Source: Antedon mediterranea (lineage: Eukaryota; Animalia; Echinodermata). From it: a stretch of DNA of 64,000 nt. The stretch lies in the NCBI RefSeq assembly GCF_964355755.1, contig NC_092677.1:2254101-2318100 (forward strand), in the 5' to 3' direction. The translations under genes and the position numbers were made by a program. This document shows, one piece after another, positions 12,477 to 25,980 of this stretch (positions within the stretch are counted from its first letter, which is position 1; the number at the start of each line of letters is the position of its first letter). The notes below the pieces were generated by a model. The model was not told the DNA's origin, searched no databases, and was given only the letters and a program-made list of their open reading frames with translations.

Positions 12477-13336
12477 AGGTGAATTTATCAGGCAAACCTC
12501 AAGAAAATGACTTAAGTAAGTTGTGCATATTTTGACAAAACTTGTATGAGCAGCAGTTGTTATATTATTATTACCTTGGCCTTTTTGGATTTTGCCCGTC
12601 TTAATTTAATCAAATTATTGTTAATGTCAGTATGTTGATTGATTGATTATATGTCATTTTCAATATTTTCACAATTTGAACACAAATAGTTGAAAACAAT
12701 TTCATAATATAGTTTTAAAAATAATTGACATTATTTCACTTTACCAAGAATTAGAAGCACATCTTAACAAAGCTCATCAAGAAACAATTTACGAAGAAAG
12801 CAAGAAACTCACAAACCAGGTACGCCACCACCGCCATAATATTTCATAACCATTGCTATTTGGTTAATACATTATTAATTAATATTGATACAAATAAAGC
12901 TCTGTTTACACTGTCAAACTAGTGTGATGTGCCCAAATATGGTAGTGATATGCCCAAATATAGTAGTAATATGACATCACCATGTCCATATATGGGCACA
13001 TCCCATTTTTTGTCACATAAAGTTTGATAGTATAGATTGAAGGTATTGGATTAAAAGTACTGTACTTATTCTAATTTTAAGTAGACTTTTAATAATAATA
13101 ATAATTGGTTGTTTTTTTTTTTGTAGGCTTTAATGCGTGACGCAAATCTTGCACTATTACAAAAAAGGAAAAAAGAAAGGATTTCAAAGGAAACATTATC
13201 AAAACAAAAAAGATATTACCACCAGGATGTTATGGGTGCAGTTATTAACGACGATGAATTTATTGATGAAGATGAAGATGTCGCTGAAACGAGTATGAAG
13301 GCACTTGATGCTTTTGAAAAGGCTAAGAATTTGTAA
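12477..13336 (+). CDS. 3' three exons (12477-12515, 12749-12819, 13127-13336) of an unidentified protein-coding gene
   Basis: AG/GT-bounded exons join in frame: VNLSGKPQENDLK-LEAHLNKAHQETIYEESKKLTNQ-ALMRDANLALLQKRKKER...DAFEKAKNL*; AATAAA downstream near 13502 and 13599; no recognisable domain. Confidence 0.7.
12897..13035. mobile_element. MITE family A copy (TIR agctctgtctacactatcaaac), right end degenerate
   Basis: Matches copies at 31768, 48091 and 61486. Confidence 0.8.
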
Positions 13337-14153
13337 AACTCTCATCAATGTTGTGTTTTTGTAAAGAAATTAAATGTTTAACATTTTTTTAATGTAAATA
13401 CATATATAATATGATATAGTAACTAGTTATGTCAAAAAAGGTGTATTGAGGTAACATATGGAGAAATTTCCAATCAAATCCATATTGTTTTCTTCCACAT
13501 AAAATAAAATATATATTTTATGTAGGCCTACTGTATCAGTTTTCTATTTGTATGTATACTGTATATTGAAAAGGCCAACAGAGTTTACCAATGGGGATAA
13601 TAAAAGTTTTAATTGAATTGAAATGTAAGGTATTTTTTTTGAAAAATAGCAAAATATCGACTGTTTAAATGACGCATTTTTGATAACAAGCGCAGACCAC
13701 TGTACTATTAGTACAGGTATTATTACATAATAATTAAATTTTTCGAAAAAAATCCCTGTACAGTACTATAATAGTACAGGGATTTTTTTTTTAATGTCCA
13801 AACTGCTTACTATACGTCTATAAGATAACGCAATATATACGCATATGTAGCAATATTATTTCATAATAGTTAAATTTTGAAAATTACTTATTTTGGGCAT
13901 TTTTCACAAATTTTCCTGTACAGGTTTTTTTTTCGAAAAATGACCAAAATACCTTGAATTATGTTGTGAGTTAACATGCGCATTTTATTTGTTTCTGCGC
14001 ATTATAATTATAGTATAAGTAGTTATTTTGAAAAATAAAAGGCTCGATGTTTGGTCCTTATTTTGAAATATCACCAGTTGTGTCGAAAAATAAAACCTTT
14101 AAGTCTGTAACCAAATAAGATAACGTTTCTATCTTTATTTTTGCCTTATGCGC

Positions 14154-14405
14154 ATGCGTAACGCTACAAACGTCTAATATTTTATCAATAAAGAGCTTTC
14201 TTAATCACCCGGGTTCAACGGCTCAACGAGTAAAACGTCACCGTGCAGCAGACAGAGACTCAACAACAAAGGTAAGTGGTTCAATTCTCTCACTAATCAT
14301 GTAATTAAGTTCTTCTTTCAGCAAAAACAAAACGCGAAACTCCGAGTCGAAAATAAACGCGAAAAAATACCACGCGAAAAAACAAAACAAAATACATAAA
14401 ATTAA

Positions 14406-14436
<31 letters not shown>

Positions 14437-14470
14437 AATTAAATTAAAGCAAAAAAACGTCTTTTTTGGA
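14154..14470 (+). repeat. ~300-bp direct repeat, copy 1
   Basis: atgcgtaacgctacaaacgtctaatatt...cacccgggttcaacggctcaacg...ctccgagtcgaaaataaacgcg also found at 22598. Confidence 0.9.
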
Positions 14471-14962
14471 TTTGAACAGATTTATGAGTACATTAATTAA
14501 AGTATATTTATTTCGAAATATACTAAAATATGAGTTTTTAGAAATTCAATTAATAAGCGTATTTATGCGTATATATTGCGGTATCGTAGTCTTTTAGACG
14601 TATAGTAACAATTTATGTCAAAAACTATAATATGGATTGAAATTTTGCCATTTTTTAGCCAATTTGAGGTAACATGCGCAGAAAAATTATGAGATTCTGC
14701 GCATTCCGATTTATATCGTAGTAACATTCGATGATATTATTTTATTGTGGTCTGCGCATGTCAACTTAAGTAAAATATTCACTTTTAAAAATACTATTAT
14801 TATGCACTAATATTGCTGAACAGAATATGCGCATATATTGCAATCTTATAGACGTATAGTAACTATTTATGTCAAAAATTAAAAGGGTCGAAATTTGGCC
14901 ATTATTTGGCCATCCCAATTTTTTGGAAAAAACATTATTTGAAAAGTGCGTTTTTTGGCCTT

Positions 14963-15860
14963 TATTATTATTATTATTATTATTATTATTGGTGTTATTA
15001 TTATTATTATATCAATATTTATAAAGCGTCAATTCAAAGACCGAGGTACAAAATCAAAGGCGCTGGGCATGTTAGTGGTCGAAAAAATGAGTTTTGAGCA
15101 ATTTTTTAAATAAGGCAACAGAAGAGCAGTGTTTAATTTGTGGGGGGAGTGAATTCCAGAGTGTGGGTGCTGCAAAAGAAAACGATCTATGACCAAAGGT
15201 TTTAGTGGCTATGCGTGGAACAGAGAGTAAAAAATCATCAGATGATCTAAGAGTCCGTCCAGGAACATAAAAGGTGATTAATTGACGGTTGTAAGCAGGT
15301 TTGTTGAAAAGAAGTGCTTTAAAAGTAAAGAGCAAGATTTTAAATTTGATTCGATTGTCAATGGGGAGCCAGTGAAGTTCTCGAAGAACAGGTGAAATGT
15401 GAGAGCGACGGTTAGTGAACGTAATGATACGAGCAGCCGAGTTCTGTAGTCGTTGAAGACGATTAATTTGAAAATTCGGAAGGGCATAGAACAGAGAATT
15501 GCAATAATCAAGACGAGAGGAGATAAAACCATGAATGATAGAGGATGTGGAGCGTATCGAAAGAAAACGTCGAATGTGTGCAATATTGCGAAGATAAGTT
15601 TACTAATTTAGTAATATAACTGATGTGTGCTTGCATGTTTAGAGATTCGTCAAGTTTTATACCAAGATTAGTAACTAATTGAGACGGATGTATGAGTGAT
15701 GAGCCAATAGTAATAAAATGGGGTACTATTTTGGTACGAATATGATTAGTACAGAAAATGATGTATTCAGATTTATTATCATTTAATTTGAGGATATTGG
15801 TTGAGAGAAATTCTCAAGGCGTTCAATAACAATAAATAGATTATGTGGATCAAAAGGAAT
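14963..15860 (-). mobile_element. 5'-truncated L2/CR1-group LINE (ORF2 C-terminus plus (TAA)n tail)
   Basis: Minus-strand motifs LKLNDNKSE, SRLDYCNSL, LQRLQNSAAR, RTLRS, RSFSFAAPTLWNSLP, FKKLLKTHFF; 3' cgctttataaa then a TAA microsatellite. Confidence 0.92.
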
Positions 15861-16004
15861 TTTGAAAAATTCTTTTGTAGAAAAATGGCCAAATTTCGAT
15901 CTTTATAAATAGTTACTATACGTCTATAAGGTGATTATAAAGCAATATATGTGAATATATAGAAATAATATTGCATAATAACAAGTTTTTAAAAAGTGCG
16001 TTTT

Positions 16005-19000
16005 TAGTAACCATTTATGTCAAAAGTGGTTACTATAGCACAATTGTCATGTGCAGAACCCCTTTTTCGACTCTGCGCATATTTATTATGCTATAGTAAC
16101 CATTTATGTCAAAAGTGGTTACTATAGCACAATTGACATGCGCAGAACGCATTATTTGACTCTGCGCATGTTTATTATGCTATAGTAACCATTTATGTCA
16201 AAAAATAAAAAGGTCGAAAATTGGTCATTTTTCGAAAATTTCCCTGTACTATAGTACAGGGATTTTCACAAAAAATGACAAATTTTCGATCTTTTTATTT
16301 TTCGATAAAACTGGTTACTATATCACAATTGGCATGCGCAGAACCCATTTTTTGACTCTGCGCATGTTTATTATGCTATAGTAACCATTTATGTCAAAAG
16401 TGGTTACTATAGCACAATTGGCATGCGCAGAACGCATTATTCGACTCTGCGCATGTTAATTATGCTATAGTAACCATTTATGTCAAAAAATAAAAAGGTC
16501 GAAAATTGGTCATTTTTCGGAAATTTTCCTGTACTATAGTACAGGGATTTTCACAACAAATGACCAATTTTCGATCTTTTTATTTTTCGATAAAACTGGT
16601 TACTATAGCACAATTGGCATGCGCAGAACCCATTTTTCGACTCTGTGCATGTTAATAATGCTATGATAACCATTTATGTCAAAAGTGGTTACTATAGCAC
16701 AATTGGCATGCGCGGAACCCATTATTTGACTCTGCGCATGTTTATTATGCTATAGTAACCATTTATGTCAAAAGTGGTTACTATAGCACAATTGTCATGT
16801 GCAGAACCCCTTTTTCGACTCTGCGCATATTTATTATGCTATAGTAACCATTTATGTCAAAAGTGGTTACTATAGCACAATTGACATGCGCAGAACGCAT
16901 TATTTGACTCTGCGCATGTTTATTATGCTATAGTAACCATTTATGCCAAAAAATAAAAAGGTCGAAAATTGGTCATTTTTCGAAAATTTCTCTGTACTAT
17001 AGTACAGGGATTTTCACAAAAAATGACCAATTTTCGATATTTTTATTTTTCAATAAAACTGGTTACTATAGCACAATTGGCGTGCGCAGAACCCATTTTT
17101 TGACTCTGCGCATGTTAATTATGCTATAGTAACCATTTATGTCAAAAGTGGTTACTATAGCACAATTGGCATGCGCAGAACGCATTATTCGACTCTGCGC
17201 ATGTTAATTATGCTATAGTAACCATTTATGTCAAAAAATAAAAAGGTCGAAAATTGGTCATTTTTCGGAAATTTTCCTGTACTATAGTACAGGGATTTTC
17301 ACAAAAAATGACAAATTTTCGATCTTTTTATTTTTCGATAAAACTGGTTACTATAGCACAATTGGCATGCGCAGAACCCATTTTTCGACTCTGCGCATGT
17401 TAATAATGCTATGATAACCATTTATGTCAAAAGTGGTTACTATATCACAATTGACATGCGCAGAACGCATTATTTGACTCTGCGCATGTTTATTATACTA
17501 TAGTAACCATTTATGTCAAAGGTAGTTACTATAGCACAATTGTCATGCGCAGAACCCGTTTTTCGACACTGCGCATGTTTATTATGCTATAGTAACCATT
17601 TATGTCAAAAGTGGTTACTATAACACAATTGACATGCGCAGAACGCATTATTTGACTCTGCGCATGTTTATTATGCTATAGTAACCATTTATGTCAAAAA
17701 ATAAAAAGGTCGAAAATTGGTCATTTTTCTGAAATTTCCCTGTACTATAGTACAGGGATTTTCACAAAAAATGACAAATTTTCGATATTTTTATTTTTCG
17801 ATAAAACTGGTTACTATAGCACAATTGGCGTGCGCAGAACCCATTTTTTGACTCTGCGCATGTTTATTATGCTATAGTAACCATTTATGTCAAAAGTGGT
17901 TACTATAGCACAATTGGCATGCGCAGAACGCATTATTCGACTCTGCGCATGTTAATTATGCTATAGTAACCATTTATGTCAAAAAATAAAAAGGTCGAAA
18001 ATTGGTCATTTTTCGGAAATTTTCCTGTACTATAGTACAGGGATTTTCACAACAAATGACCAATTTTCGATCTTTTTATTTTTCGATAAAACTGGTTACT
18101 ATAGCACAATTGGCATGCGCAGAACCCATTTTTCGACTCTGTGCATGTTAATAATGCTATGATAACCATTTATGTCAAAAGTGGTTACTATAGCACAATT
18201 GGCATGCGCGGAACCCATTATTTGACTCTGCGCATGTTTATTATGCTATAGTAACCATTTATGTCAAAAGTGGTTACTATAGCACAATTGTCATGTGCAG
18301 AACCCCTTTTTCGACTCTGTGCATATTTATTATGCTATAGTAACCATTTATGTCAAAAGTGGTTACTATAGCACAATTGACATGCGCAGAACCCATTTTT
18401 TGACTCTGCGCATGTTAATTATGCTATAGTAACCATTTATGTCAAAAGTGGTTACTATAGCACAATTGGCATGCGCAGAACGCATTATTCGACTCTGCGC
18501 ATGTTTATTATGCTATAGTAACCATTTATGCCAAAAAATAAAAAGGTCGAAAATTGGTCATTTTTCGAAAATTTCTCTGTACTATAGTACAGAGATTTTC
18601 ACAAAAAATGACCAATTTTCGATATTTTTATTTTTCGATAAAACTGGTTACTATAGCACAATTGGCGTGCGCAGAACCCATTTTTTGACTCTGCGCATGT
18701 TAATTATGCTATAGTAACCATTTATGTCAAAAGTGGTTACTATAGCACAATTGGCATGCGCAGAACGCATTATTCGACTCTGCGCATGTTAATTATGCTA
18801 TAGTAACCATTTATGTCAAAAAATAAAAAGGTCGAAAATTGGTCATTTTTCGGAAATTTTCCTGTACTATAGTACAGGGATTTTCACAAAAAATGACAAA
18901 TTTTCGATCTTTTTATTTTTCGATAAAACTGGTTACTATAGCACAATTGGCATGCGCAGAACCCATTTTTCGACTCTGCGCATGTTAATAATGCTATGAT

Positions 19001-22000
19001 AACCATTTATGTCAAAAGTGGTTACTATATCACAATTGACATGCGTAGAACGCATTATTTGACTCTGCGCATGTTTATTATACTATAGTAACCATTTATG
19101 TCAAAGGTGGTTACTATAGCACAATTGTCATGCGCAGAACCCGTTTTTCGACACTGCGCATGTTTATTATGCTATAGTAACCATTTATGTCAAAAGTGGT
19201 TACTATAGCACAATTGACATGCGCAGAACGCATTATTTGACTCTGCGCATGTTTATTATGCTATAGTAACCATTTATGTCAAAAAATAAAAAGGTCGAAA
19301 ATTTGTCATTTTTCTGAAATTTCCCTGTACTATAGTACAGGGATTTTCACAAAAAATGACAAATTTTCGATATTTTTATTTTTCGATAAAACTGGTTACT
19401 ATAGCACAATTGGCGTGCGCAGAACCCATTTTTTGACTCTGCGCATGTTTATTATGCTATAGTAACCATTTATGTCAAAAGTGGTTACTATAGCACAATT
19501 GGCATGCGCAGAACGCATTATTCGACTCTGCGCATGTTAATTATGCTATAGTAACCATTTATGTCAAAAAATAAAAAGGTCGAAAATTGGTCATTTTTCG
19601 GAAATTTTCCTGTACTATAGTACAGGGATTTTCACAACAAATGACCAATTTTCGATCTTTTTATTTTTCGATAAAACTGGTTACTATAGCACAATTGGCA
19701 TGCGCAGAACCCATTTTTCGACTCTGTGCATGTTAATAATGCTATGATAACCATTTATGTCAAAAGTGGTTACTATAGCACAATTGGCATGCACGGAACC
19801 CATTATTTGACTCTGCGCATGTTTATTATGCTATAGTAACCATTTATGTCAAAAGTGGTTACTATAGCACAATTGTCATGTGCAGAACCCCTTTTTCGAC
19901 TCTGCGCATATTTATTATGCTATAGTAACCATTTATGTCAAAAGTGGTTACTATAGCACAATTGACATGCGCAGAACGCATTATTTGACTCTGCGCATGT
20001 TTATTATGCTATAGTAACCATTTATGCCAAAAATTAAAAAGGTCGAAAATTGGTCATTTTTCGAAAATTTCTCTGTACTATATATAGTACAGGGATTTTC
20101 ACAAAAAATGACCAATTTTCGATATTTTTATTTTTCGATAAAACTGGTTACTATAGCACAATTGGCGTGCGCAGAACCCATTTTTTGACTCTGCGCATGT
20201 TAATTATGCTATAGTAACCATTTATGTCAAAAGTGGTTACTATAGCACAATTGGCATGCGCAGAACGCATTATTCGACTCTGCGCATGTTAATTATGCTA
20301 TAGTAACCATTTATGTCAAAAGTGGTTACTATAGCACAATTGGCATGCGCAGAACGCATTATTCGACTCTGCGCATGTTAATTATGCTATAGTAACCATT
20401 TATGTCAAAAAATAAAAAGGTCGAAAATTGGTCATTTTTCGGAAATTTTCCTGTACTATAGTACAGGGATTTTCACAAAAAATGACAAATTTTCGATCTT
20501 TTTATTTTTCGATAAAACTGGTTACTATAGCACAATTGGCATGCGCAGAACCCATTTTTCGACTCTGCGCATGTTAATAATGCTATGATAACCATTTATG
20601 TCAAAAGTGGTTACTATATCACAATTGACATGCGCAGAACGCATTATTTGACTCTGCGCATGTTTATTATACTATAGTAACCATTTATGTCAAAGGTGGT
20701 TACTATAGCACAATTGTCATGCGCAGAACCCGTTTTTCGACACTGCGCATGTTTATTATGCTATAGTAACCATTTATGTCAAAAGTGGTTACTATAGCAC
20801 AATTGACATGCGCAGAACGCATTATTTGACTCTGCGCATGTTTATTATGCTATAGTAACCATTTATGTCAAAAAATAAAAAGGTCGAAAATTGGTCATTT
20901 TTCTGAAATTTTCCTGTACTATAGTACAGGGATTTTCACAAAAAATGACAAATTTTCGATATTTTTATTTTTCGATAAAACTGGTTACTATAGCACAATT
21001 GGCGTGCGCAGAACCCATTTTTTGACTCTGCGCATGTTGATTATGCTATAGTAACCATTTATGTCAAAAGTGGTTACTATAGCACAATTGGCATGCGCAG
21101 AACGCATTATTCGACTCTGCGCATGTTAATTATGCTATAGTAACCATTTATGTCAAAAAATAAAAAGGTCGAAAATTGGTCATTTTTCGGAAATTTTCCT
21201 GTACTATATAGTACAGGGATTTTCACAAAAAAATGACCAATTTTCGATCTTTTTATTTTTCGATAAAACTGGTTACTATAGCACAATTGGCATGCGCAGA
21301 ACCCATTTTTCGACTCTGCGCATGTTGATAATGCTATGATAACCATTTATGTCAAAAGTGGTTACTATAGCACAATTGACATGCGCAGAACGCATTATTT
21401 GACTCTGCGCATGTTTATTATACTATAGTAACCATTTATGTCAAAGGTGGTTACTATAGCACAATTGTCATGCGCAGAACCCGTTTTTCGACACTGCGCA
21501 GGTTTATTATGATATAGTAACCATTTATGTCAAAAGTGGTTACTATAGCACAATTGACATGCGCAGAACGCATTATTTGACTCTGCGCATGTTTATTATG
21601 CTATAGTAACCATTTATGTCAAAAAATAAAAAGGTCGAAAATTGGTCATTTTTCTGAAATTTCCTTGTACTATAGTACAGGGATTTTCACAAAAAATGAC
21701 AAATTTTCGATATTTTTATTTTTCGATAAAACTGGTTACTATAGCACAATTGGCGTGCGCAGAACCCATTTTTTGACTCTGCGCATGTTAATTATGCTAT
21801 AGTAACCATTTATGTCAAAAGTGGTTACTATAGCACAATTGGCATGCGCAGAACGCATTATTCGACTCTGCGCATGTTAATTATGCTATAGTAACCATTT
21901 ATGTCAAAAAATAAAAAGGTCGAAAATTGGTCATTTTTCGGAAATCTTCCTGTACTATATAGTACAGGGATTTTCACAAAAAATGACCAATTTTCGATCT

Positions 22001-22580
22001 TTTTATTTTTCGATAAAACTGGTTACTATAGCACAATTGGCATGCGCAGAACCCATTTTTCGAATCTGCGCATGTTAATAATGCTATAGTAACCATTTAT
22101 GTCAAAAGTGGTTACTATAGCACAATTGACATGCGCAGAACGCATTATTTGACTCTGCGCATGTTTATTATACTATAGTAACCATTTATGTCTAAATTGG
22201 TTACTATAGCACAATTGACATGCGCAGAACGCATTATTTGACTCTGCGCATGTTTATTATGCTATAGTAACCATTTATGTCAAAAAATAAAAAGGTAGAA
22301 AATTGGTCATTTTTCGGAAATAAAGTACAGGGATTTTCACAAAAAATGAGCAATTTTCGATCTTTTTATTTTTCGATAAAACTGGTTACTGTAGCACAAT
22401 TGGCATGCGCAGAACGCATTATTTGACTCTGCGCATCTTTATTATGCTATAATAACCATTTATGTCAAAAGTGGTTACTATAGCACAATTGACATGCGCA
22501 GAATGCATTATTCGACTCTGTGCATGTTTATTATGCTATAGTAACCATTTATGTCAAAAAAATAAAAAGGTCGAAAATTC
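16005..22580 (+). repeat. Composite hairpin satellite: 89-bp and 196-bp units with a ~748-bp higher-order repeat
   Basis: gtaacc at 16007, 16096, 16185, 16381; core ggttactatagca..catgcgcaga..tctgcgcatg..tgctatagtaacc; the long unit adds a 107-bp palindrome centred on tgtactatagtaca. Confidence 0.95.
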
Positions 22581-22597
22581 CTGTGGGATTTATACGA

Positions 22598-22890
22598 ATG
22601 CGTAACGCTACAAACGTCTAATATTCTATCAATTCAATCACCCGGGTTCAACGGCTCAACGATTAAAACGTCACCCTGCAGCAGACAAAGACTCAACAAC
22701 AAAGGTATGTGGTTCAAGTCTCTCACTAATCATGTAATTAAGTTCTTCTTTCAGCAAAAACAAAACGCAAAACTCCGAGTCGAAAATAAACGCGAAAAAA
22801 TACAACGCGAAAAAAAAACTACATAAAACTAAAACCCCCAAAAAACAAAAAAAAATTAAATTAAAGCAAAAAAAAAAATTGTTTTTTGGG
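22598..22890 (+). repeat. ~300-bp direct repeat, copy 2 (partial third copy at ~22953-23045)
   Basis: Highly similar to 14154-14470. Confidence 0.9.
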
Positions 22891-25611
22891 TCATTATAGT
22901 AACCAGTATAATTATTTGGATTTGAGATGTATAATATTTTAAAAGTACAGCAAAGTTCTTCTTTCAGCAAAAACAAAACTCCGAGTCGAAAATAAGCAAC
23001 AACAAAAATCTACGCGAAAATAGTATTAATACCACGCGAAAAATCAAGAAGCACATATACATTTTTTATACATCGATCGATTGCTTAAAAAAATACCCTA
23101 GGGTTGCTCGCTGATAATTGATTAATTTGAACAACACTACAAAAACTCGCAAAATGATAGTTTATGGTTTAATGTATTACCACATACAAATACATTAAAA
23201 ATGATCACGTGACATTCATCATTGCAATAAGAAGGAAGACTATATACATGCTCATTAGATGATGACGTCATTGCATAGAGGTACAAAATGCTTAAAGAAT
23301 GAACAATGAAATAATATCATGTGTGTTGTTAGGGATGCAATGAGCGTTTACAACGATGTAAAAACCTTAAAATAGGCCCATGGGCTTGTTTGACACCATA
23401 TATGTTGTGAGTAATCCCCACTTACTAACTACTACTACTTTGAAAGGTTCATGTACTAACAATCGAAAGGAGAGAGAGGGGGGGGGGAAGGTTATGGGGG
23501 GCTATGGGGGGTTATGGGGGACATTTTCTCGTGAAACCAACGAGGGCTGTGGCGGCAATATAGTATTTGAAAACACTAAGGCTAACCCATATTTAAGGGA
23601 AACTTTCCCTGTAATGTGGCTTTTACCATAGAGGTTCTACCGTAGCTTACAATATGCCAAATATCTTCAAATTTTGCGCCGGATCTAGTGAACAATTCAA
23701 CATTTTTTTTAAATAAAAATAACAGAGTATAGGCCTAAGTGTTATGTACATTCTTTGTGGAATTTTAAACATAATATTTCATTAGGCTATCGTTTAACGA
23801 CGATGTGTTTGAAGATGGTGATACGTTGTGTAAAATGGTGTGTATAATATATGTATTACAGTACATTGTAATATTAGTCAACGGTATGGATATGACCGCT
23901 TTCAGAAAAAGGCTAAAATTAATTTAAAAGTAAACGGATACGTTGTTAGTTGTATATAAGTATTATGTATAGTAGTATTATGTATTCAATTACGTTCTAC
24001 CAAGTTCACTAAAATCACACACATTCAAGAGAAAAGAACCAATATTTACAATCGATCACCTCCACGCATGCGCTGTATGCAGCATGTACTGCAATAAAGC
24101 AATTTACGATACATAGTTATATAAATCCAAATTGACCTCAAGTAGTGACATCATGACACGAAGAAATACACAAAAGCGCCCGTACATAAAAGCATAACTT
24201 TTTCTACGCGCGCATTTGTTTTGGGTTTTTTCACGTCAATTGTTTCACTTGGCGACATGTAAGTCAACCAAAGGTTCGTCCACATGAGAGATTTACGCAA
24301 AGTTACACTACAAACAATAGTAACTGTTGCAACATACTGGTACCAAGAGTACGAATAAAATATTGGTATGTGTACGATCTCCCATGTGTGCGAAAGATAT
24401 GTGCATGACCACCTTGTATTACAAAAAGCTATTATATATAATTATAATACTTTATTATTATTTGCAATAGGTTTACTTAAAACATCGGCCCGCCGTGTGT
24501 ACTCACTAAATGAAAATTGGTATTATATGTTGGAAGATTATACAAAATATTAAGTTTATTAAAACATACCTTCTCAAAATATATTATCATAATTAGTGTT
24601 AAATGGTTCGATGAACTAGGTGCTACTTTGTCTTTGCAAACCAAGTTTTAAAAATCATCTTTATTTTATGAAATGATATTGTTTGAAGCAAACACAAATT
24701 AAATTACACTAAATAGTAAATACAATATACCAAAAGTACGAAAGCCTAATCTTGCCACAGGAGTATACATTATTGACTTGCTTTGTAATCTTTACTCCAT
24801 CAGTGGAAGGAAGGAAGAGGCTTTCGTATAAAACACATCTAAGTAATATGCAAACCAAAATGTTGAAAAGACAATCTATAATCACACGTACGTACGTCTG
24901 TATAATGCCAATGTGCTCTCACCATGGACGAAATTCGTTATTAGAATGAATTAGGTAAGATAATCAACGATACATTTAATTCATTTCTTTTAGCATGTAC
25001 TCAATGCCACTCATTGGTAACACTTCATTTAGGCGTGTTTCTAACTTGGCGCGCCGGATCAACGCAACAACGCAGGCGCGACGCAAATGAGTTGACCAAT
25101 TACACGCGACAATTCAAATTATCCATCGTGTCGTGATTGGTCAACTTTACAAGTGGGAACCAATCTTTATAATAGAAACAAAGTAAGGAAACACCACACA
25201 GCCTCAGCAGTCAAAACAAACTATATCAAAGCCAAATTATATAACACTAAAATTCTAGCCGTTTAATTAATTCAGTTAAAGCGAAGTATTATTAATATAA
25301 TTAAAAATGTTCATCATTATATCAACATATTCCATATACATTATTACAAGAATTAATCCTTTGTGTTTATACTTTTATACATTCATTATTTACAGAAAAT
25401 GTTGAGGAACTTCGGCAGCATTAGTACATTAGAGGCAATATTGCTAGTTCAAAATACTAATAAAACAGACTTAAGCTAACATAAGAGTTGTTGTATAAAA
25501 TACCCTGTAACGAAGCATACACAATACACACCATTCAATGTATAATAAAAAATTATCAAGAAAATAGGAAATAGTGTTGGTGATATTACGAACAAAGGCA
25601 AAGTAAACGAT

Positions 25612-25980
25612 GCGCGTACAGAAGCCGTACTATTTGCATCAGCGTTTGAACACGCGCGTACAGAAGCCGTACTATTTGCATAAGCGTTTGAACACGCGCG
25701 TACAAAAGCCGTAGTATTTGCATCAGCGTTTGAACACGTGCGTACAAGAGCCGTACTATTTTCATCAGTGTTTGAACACACGCGTACAGAAGCCGTACTA
25801 TTTGCATCAATGTTTGAACACGCGCGTACAGAAGCCGTACTATTTGTATCAGTGTTTTTTAACACGCGCGTACAAAAGCCGTAGTATTTGCATAAGCGTT
25901 TGAACACGCGCGTACAAAAGCCGTAGTATTTGCATCAGCGTTTGAACAAGCGCGTACAGAAGACGTACTATTTTCATCAG
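25612..25980 (+). repeat. 42-bp minisatellite, ~8-9 copies
   Basis: gaagccgtactatttgcatcagcgtttgaacacgcgcgtaca at 25621, 25663 and onward. Confidence 0.92.

Noticed and set aside
14154-22890. LTR retrotransposon interpretation of the direct repeats
   Set aside because: No TG...CA termini, primer-binding site, polypurine tract or gag/pol remnants; the only RT-related sequence is a LINE
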